64,000 nt of DNA from Planctomycetota bacterium. GTDB taxonomy: Bacteria > Planctomycetota > B15-G4. Under the pieces are notes generated by a model. It saw only the letters and a program-made list of their open reading frames with translations, searched no databases and had not been told where the DNA came from. Both the position numbers and the translations under genes were made by a program. Of the stretch, positions 58,772 through 64,000 are shown one piece after another (the first letter of the stretch is position 1; every line of letters begins with the position of its first letter). The DNA lies in the NCBI GenBank assembly GCA_965248575.1, contig CBDFJQ010000002.1, positions 4,928,001-4,992,000 on the forward strand, read 5' to 3'.

Positions 58772-59620
58772 ATGTTGACCGCACTGACCACCGCTTTGCT
58801 GCTCGGTTCCTTGTTCCAGGATGCGGAGCCTGCCGCTCCGGCACCTGCCCACGATCCCAAGGCGATGGTGATCGTGGATGAGTTCACGGACATGCTCTAC
58901 AGCCCCAAGGCCGACGGTCTGCAGACTCTCGCCTTCGACATGATCCTGCCGGCGGGACCCATGGGTGGTTCGCTGGGGACCCTGAGCGTCACGTGGAACA
59001 TGAAGAGCGGGGCCGACGGCTCTTTCGCCATGGCTGACGCCATGAAGGAGCAGATCCCCGAGGCCATGCGGGCCGGGATGATGGAACAGTTGAACGCGCA
59101 GATGGGGGCGATGGCTGGACAGATCGCTGCGATCCAGACCAACCAGGTCATGCAGGACGCACTCGACGGGCGCACGGCTGCACTGGCCGGCGTCGAGGAA
59201 GGCTTCGTCAAGGTCGAGTGCGCAGCGCTGCCCGGCAGCGAGGGCGGCGACCGCACCCTGTACTTCGAGGACGGCTTGCTCGTGCAGACGAAGCAGATGG
59301 TCGCGGGCCAGTTCGGTGAGTCCGAGAGCGTGGGCGTCATGCGCTGGGTTCCCATCGCCAAGGACTCCGAGCTCCTGGTGCTTGGTTCCACGGATGAGAC
59401 CAGCTCTGGCATGACCCAATCCTCGAGCTTCGTGCGTGAGCGAGTGGGCGGCTTCCTGCTGGTGACCGCCATCGAGGCCGAGGCCATGGGGCAGGCGCAG
59501 AAGATGACCTTCACGAACTTCGTGGTGAACGGAAAGCCAGCGGCCCTCAAGGCCGAGGCGACTCCTGACGCCCGTGACACCATGGGTGAGATGGAAGCGG
59601 GCGAGCCGAGCGAGGGCTGA
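58772..59620 (+). CDS. Secreted Met-rich hypothetical protein
   Basis: Signal peptide, AGGA RBS, GC-rich third positions; no recognised family. Confidence 0.7.
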   Translation: MLTALTTALLLGSLFQDAEPAAPAPAHDPKAMVIVDEFTDMLYSPKADGLQTLAFDMILPAGPMGGSLGTLSVTWNMKSGADGSFAMADAMKEQIPEAMRAGMMEQLNAQMGAMAGQIAAIQTNQVMQDALDGRTAALAGVEEGFVKVECAALPGSEGGDRTLYFEDGLLVQTKQMVAGQFGESESVGVMRWVPIAKDSELLVLGSTDETSSGMTQSSSFVRERVGGFLLVTAIEAEAMGQAQKMTFTNFVVNGKPAALKAEATPDARDTMGEMEAGEPSEG

Positions 59621-59646
59621 GCCGCTACACAAGCGGGGAGATCACG

Positions 59647-60936
59647 GTGCGCTCCACATGCTGGCGGTGCCTGAAGCCAGCGCAGCTTTGTGTTTGCTCG
59701 CGCACGCAGCGTGTAGACAACCGCACCCGCGTCTTCTTGCTTCAACACCGGCGTGAGCGCATGCACGCCGTTGGCACCGCGCGACTGGCCCGGCTGGGCT
59801 TGCGAGACGTCGACGTGTGTGACGCGGTGGGCGCAGTGCCGCGTCCGGATCTGCTTCCGGATGCGGCATTGCTCTACCCGAGTGCCGGCTCGCGCGACCT
59901 CGCGAGCCTTGCGCCGAGTGAACGGCCTGGTCAGCTCGTCGTGCTCGATGGGACCTGGCGTCACGCCCGCCGCTTGTTTCTCGACAACCCTTGGTTGGCA
60001 GAGCTGCCGCATGTGCACCTGCGGCCGGAGGAGCCCAGCCGCTACCGCATCCGCAAGCAGCCAGGCGAGCACTGCGTCTCGACACTGGAGTCCCTGGTTT
60101 GCGCCCTGCGCATCCTGGAGCCCGAGACGAAGGGTCTGGATGAACTGCTCTCCGCCTTCGACTCCATGATCGACGAGCAGCAGGAGTTCATGCAGCGGCC
60201 TGCAGCGAAGGGGCGGTATCAGCAACGAGCTCCACGCGCTGCACGTGCGGTTCCGACGATCCTGCTGGAGCAGCCTCAGCGTTTGCTCGTGGTCTACGGG
60301 GAGTCCGCGCCGGGCCCTGCCTTGAGCGCGGCAACTTCCGAAGTCTCAACCGACGTCGACTCAGGGCCCCACGAGGCAACGGGCGCGGCAGCAGCTTGCG
60401 GGCCTCGGCAACTGATCCGTTGGAGTGCGGTGCGACCGGGGTGCAGCGTCGCTGAGATCTTGGAGGGTGCAGCGGGCGCATCAGGATCCAGTCTGGCTGG
60501 TGAACAGTGCCCGGAGGTTTTCGACGCCCTGATCCGACCGGAAACGGGGTCGCCTCAGCCAGGACACCTGGCCCACATGGGGCTCGACCCGGCGGAGTTC
60601 GAGGGCGCTCGCCCCATGGTGGATGTTGCGCGGGATTGGCGGGCCTTCCGCCGTCCGGACGACCTCGTGTTGGCCTGGCACCCGGCGGTCCTGCGCATGC
60701 TGGGCTGGCTGGACCCGATGCCTGGCGAGACCTTCGCCCTGCGAGCCCTGTGGGCGAACGTCACACATCGCAAGATGGGCTCCTTGGCCGACGTTGTCGA
60801 ACAGGCGCAATTGGATCGGCCACATGTGCCGCTGCGCGGGCGAGCTGCTGAGCGACTTGCGGAGGCCGTCGCGGTGGCGCATGAGTTGGTTCGCTCCGCC
60901 CCGCGCGTTGCCCATCTGGGCCGCCGCCCGACCTGA
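59647..60936 (+). CDS. DTW-domain tRNA aminocarboxypropyltransferase-like protein with C-terminal extension
   Basis: C..C......C.C, QH..E, LLYP, VVLDGTW..A, SRY.IRKQP and STLE motifs. Confidence 0.85.
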   Translation: MRSTCWRCLKPAQLCVCSRTQRVDNRTRVFLLQHRRERMHAVGTARLARLGLRDVDVCDAVGAVPRPDLLPDAALLYPSAGSRDLASLAPSERPGQLVVLDGTWRHARRLFLDNPWLAELPHVHLRPEEPSRYRIRKQPGEHCVSTLESLVCALRILEPETKGLDELLSAFDSMIDEQQEFMQRPAAKGRYQQRAPRAARAVPTILLEQPQRLLVVYGESAPGPALSAATSEVSTDVDSGPHEATGAAAACGPRQLIRWSAVRPGCSVAEILEGAAGASGSSLAGEQCPEVFDALIRPETGSPQPGHLAHMGLDPAEFEGARPMVDVARDWRAFRRPDDLVLAWHPAVLRMLGWLDPMPGETFALRALWANVTHRKMGSLADVVEQAQLDRPHVPLRGRAAERLAEAVAVAHELVRSAPRVAHLGRRPT

Positions 60937-61028
60937 AGTGCCCTGAAGATCCCTGCAGAACAGGGCGGGCTGGTGCCGGTGGTAGAGTGTCGCTCCTTGC
61001 TCCAAGCACCTCGGAAAGACCTGTATCG

Positions 61029-61502
61029 ATGCTCATTGCCCGCCCGCGCCGGATGTTTTCGAGAGACTATCTCGTGTCGCGGGACGATGGGGAGCGTGTC
61101 GCCGACCTGGACATCACGCTCCTGAAAGAGGGCGGGGTGCTGCGCTACGACGGCAAGACCTATCGCATCGAGCGGGAGGGTTTCATGCAGGGGCCCTGGC
61201 AACTCAAGGACGGCGCCGAAGTTGTGTTTGAAGCGCAGAAACCAAGCTTGGTTCGCAATCGTTTCATCACCGTGGTCAAGAACGCGTCCCTTGAGTTGGC
61301 GGCGCAGGGTTGGGCGCTGCAGGAGTTCAAGCTCGTGGGCCCCGACTGGGCGCAGCTTGGTCGGGTGCGTCGACCATCGCTTTTCTCCCGGCGAATGGAT
61401 GTGGAGTTGTCGGAGCTGGTGCCGGAACTGGCCCAGCTGTTCTTCCTGTTCCAGGCCATGGTGATCTGGCAGCGTGCCGACGCCGCCGTCAGCACGCCCT
61501 GA
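61029..61502 (+). CDS. LURP-one/scramblase-like beta-barrel protein
   Basis: Repeated beta hairpins (MFSRDY, SLVRNRF, SLFSRR) with a C-terminal hydrophobic helix. Confidence 0.5.
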   Translation: MLIARPRRMFSRDYLVSRDDGERVADLDITLLKEGGVLRYDGKTYRIEREGFMQGPWQLKDGAEVVFEAQKPSLVRNRFITVVKNASLELAAQGWALQEFKLVGPDWAQLGRVRRPSLFSRRMDVELSELVPELAQLFFLFQAMVIWQRADAAVSTP

Positions 61503-61503
61503 C

Positions 61504-62295
61504 TTAGTGCACGCTCATGCTGCGCCCGTTATCGGCGGCGCTGAGCCCTAGCAGGATGTCGGCGTTGCGTTCAGCCCACGGTTCCGGGCTGTCCGTTTGT
61601 CGCGCGGTCTCGGGTTGGCACTTGCGAAGCATCTCTGTATTGATGATTCCGGGGCTCAAGCACACGGCGGCCAGGCCTTCGGGCAATTCCTGGGACAGGC
61701 TGCTGCTGAAACCTTCCACGGCAAACTTGGTCGTGCAGTACGGCCCGACGAGAGGCGACGCGGATCGCCCCCAGCCCGAGCTGAAGTTCACGATCACGCG
61801 CGTGCGGGTCGGCGTGGCAGGCGTGCTGGTTGTCTGGCTGGCCGCCAGCATGCGCGGGACGAAGGAGCGCACGACGTTGGCGAGGCCTCCCACATTGACG
61901 GCCAAGAGCTGATCGAACTGGGCCGCTGGTATCTCCCAGAGGGGCGCCAGGTCGTTCATGAGCGCCGCATTGTTCAGTACGAGGTCGGGGATGAAGCCCG
62001 CGTCGTGCAGGCGGGACGCCCAAGCTTCCACGGCGCCAGGATCTGCCACGTCAATGGCTGCGAAGGGCAGCGTGCCGGCTGCGCTGGAAGACAGGCGTTC
62101 CTGCTCCTGCCATGGGAGGAGAGCGTTGAGTTCGGCCAGGGCGGCGGCCGAACGACCGCAGCCGACCACGCTGTGGCCTCGCTGCGTGAAGGCCAGCGCG
62201 AGTGCCCGGCCTACCCCGCGTGTTGCCCCGGTGATCAAGACCTTGCGCTCGTCAGCCGCCGGTAGCGGACCGAGCGAGCGTGCATTGGAGGGCAA
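61504..62295 (-). CDS. Short-chain dehydrogenase/reductase
   Basis: TGATRGVG, NNAA, SSGWG, YCTTK and PGIINT motifs. Confidence 0.93.
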   Translation of the reverse strand: MPSNARSLGPLPAADERKVLITGATRGVGRALALAFTQRGHSVVGCGRSAAALAELNALLPWQEQERLSSSAAGTLPFAAIDVADPGAVEAWASRLHDAGFIPDLVLNNAALMNDLAPLWEIPAAQFDQLLAVNVGGLANVVRSFVPRMLAASQTTSTPATPTRTRVIVNFSSGWGRSASPLVGPYCTTKFAVEGFSSSLSQELPEGLAAVCLSPGIINTEMLRKCQPETARQTDSPEPWAERNADILLGLSAADNGRSMSVH

Positions 62296-62296
62296 C

Positions 62297-62950
62297 TCAG
62301 CGCGTCTCGTCGAAGTAGTCGAGCTTGTCCACCGACATGAAGATGCTTGAGACGATGTTCATGGAGTGGGCCATGACACGCTTCACGTAGCGGTACATGA
62401 GAGCGGCGGGGACGGGGTGGGAACTCTCTGCCGAGTTGGTGAGCAGGTGCTTGACCCGCTCGTCGCAGTGACGCAGGACGGCTTCTCCTTGCTCGCAGAA
62501 CGCGCGCGCAAGATTCTCGTCCTGGCTTTCGTGCAGGTTGCGCATCTTCGCCAGCAGGCGGCTGACCTGGTCCTTGAGCTGGACGAGGTCCGCGCGACAC
62601 GGTTCCGCTGCGAAGTCGGAGACGTTCGAGCCCAGCTCGAAGATGTTCTTGGCGTAGTCACCGATGCGCTCTGCATCCTTCACGAGGCTCATGAGCTTCA
62701 GGCAGACCGGGAACTCAGCGCGATCGCTGACGGTGACGTGCACCACGATCTCCCGTCGGATCTTCTGCTCCACGGCATTGATGCGGCGATCCGTCGCGTA
62801 GAGATCGTCCCGCACGGTCTCGGGGTCGGTGCCCCCGAGCAGGGTGTTGGACGCCGCGTCGAAGATGTGCCGGCCGTCCTCAAGCATCTGGCCGAACTGC
62901 TGGAAGATGCGGGCCAGGCCCTGCTTGTCGCCGAGTAGCCAATGGAACAT
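62297..62950 (-). CDS. PhoU-domain protein
   Basis: D..IN..E..IRR and KDAERIGDYAKNI motifs; second half degenerate. Confidence 0.88.
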   Translation of the reverse strand: MFHWLLGDKQGLARIFQQFGQMLEDGRHIFDAASNTLLGGTDPETVRDDLYATDRRINAVEQKIRREIVVHVTVSDRAEFPVCLKLMSLVKDAERIGDYAKNIFELGSNVSDFAAEPCRADLVQLKDQVSRLLAKMRNLHESQDENLARAFCEQGEAVLRHCDERVKHLLTNSAESSHPVPAALMYRYVKRVMAHSMNIVSSIFMSVDKLDYFDETR

Positions 62951-62959
62951 ATGTGTTTC

Positions 62960-64000
62960 TCAGTCGAAGAAGAGAATGGCCGCGCCGGGGACCGCCACGA
63001 AGGCGACCAGCACGTAGACCAGCAGCCAAAGTTTGTTCTTTGTCGCCAAGGCAGCCAGACGACGAGCGCCCCGGAGGGGGATCTCCCGGAGCGCGGGGAT
63101 GGGGTAGAAAATCAGCGTCCCCAGCATGTTGAACAGCAGGTGCACCAGGGCAATGGTCAGGCCCAAGGAGCTGTCAGCGGCCATGGACGCCAACAAGGCG
63201 GTGACCGTCGTTCCGATGTTTGCGCCCAGCGTGATGGGGTAGGCGTTCCTGAGAGTGAGGATACCAGCAGCGCAGAGCGGGACGAGCAGCGAGGTCGTGA
63301 TGGACGAGGACTGCACGGACACCGTGATGAGCAGCCCCGCCACCATGCCGAGCAAGCCCGACCTGCCGAGCACGCTATTGAGCGATGCCTCGATGCGCGC
63401 GACGAGCAAGGCGCGCATGTTCTTGGTGATGTGGTTGAGACACAGGAAGATCATCAGGAGGGCGCAGACGAGCAGCGCCGTGGCCAGACCTCCGCCCGTA
63501 AGTCCCATGTCCTCAAGCAGGGACTGGATGAACTTGGTGCCCCCCTTGACGGCACCCTTGATGGGGCTCTTGTACTTGACTCCGTCGCCCATGGACACGA
63601 AGTCGGTCAACCAGATGGCCGAACGTTCCATGACGCCCGTGGCCAGCTCGAGGGGCAGCAGCAAGGCGACGGCGCAGTAGTTGAAGATGTCATGCACCGT
63701 GGCACAGGCGAAGGCGCGATTGAACTCGGCCGAACGCCTGACGCTGCCGACGCTGACGAGCGTGTTGGTCACCGTTGTGCCGATGTTGGCGCCCATGATC
63801 ATGGGCACGGCAATACTCAGGTCGAGCTGGCCGGACCCGCAGAGAGCGACGATCGTCGAGGTGGTCACCGAGGAGCTTTGCACCAGCACCGTGCCGAGGA
63901 TGCCGACGGCAAGGGCCGCGAAGGGGCCGGAGACACCCTCGAAGAGTCCGCCTGCGTGGCCCTCGCCGAGAATCTTGAAGGCCGATGACATGAGCCCGAT
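62960..64000 (-). CDS. Na/Pi cotransporter (SLC34/NptA-like), 5' partial
   Basis: Duplicated VQSSS.TTS and GANIGTT.T motifs. Confidence 0.95.
   Translation of the reverse strand: MGLMSSAFKILGEGHAGGLFEGVSGPFAALAVGILGTVLVQSSSVTTSTIVALCGSGQLDLSIAVPMIMGANIGTTVTNTLVSVGSVRRSAEFNRAFACATVHDIFNYCAVALLLPLELATGVMERSAIWLTDFVSMGDGVKYKSPIKGAVKGGTKFIQSLLEDMGLTGGGLATALLVCALLMIFLCLNHITKNMRALLVARIEASLNSVLGRSGLLGMVAGLLITVSVQSSSITTSLLVPLCAAGILTLRNAYPITLGANIGTTVTALLASMAADSSLGLTIALVHLLFNMLGTLIFYPIPALREIPLRGARRLAALATKNKLWLLVYVLVAFVAVPGAAILFFD

Overview
GC-rich, gene-dense bacterial chromosomal segment with about 50 supportable CDSs. I found no rRNA, tRNA, CRISPR array, integrase or transposase. The gene repertoire (ECF sigma factor paired with a Ser/Thr kinase, a kinase-TPR protein, an ECF fused to a transmembrane and extracytoplasmic extension, tandem DUF1080, a sulfatase, an FG-GAP repeat protein, HEAT-vWA) suggests a Planctomycetota/PVC organism; this is inference only. 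Recognisable housekeeping-type genes are pgm, prfC, a peroxiredoxin, thioredoxins, flavodoxin, and PhoU with a Na/Pi cotransporter. Best lead: a ~120-aa C-terminal domain shared (about 40% identity by hand alignment) by two otherwise unrelated secreted proteins 22 kb apart, with a possible distant copy in a third. It is a candidate lineage-specific sorting or anchoring module. Other leads: (1) a 635-bp tandem duplication of tail-collar genes behind a Tat-exported NHL lipoprotein; (2) a lectin-PNGase F-PDZ fusion; (3) an EF-hand/ClpP-like/zincin-like fusion; (4) a DTW-exonuclease-like fusion; (5) a sigma54-type promoter in front of a trx-ahpD-PNPOx operon divergent from flavodoxin. All family calls come from motif recognition by eye; no database searches were run.
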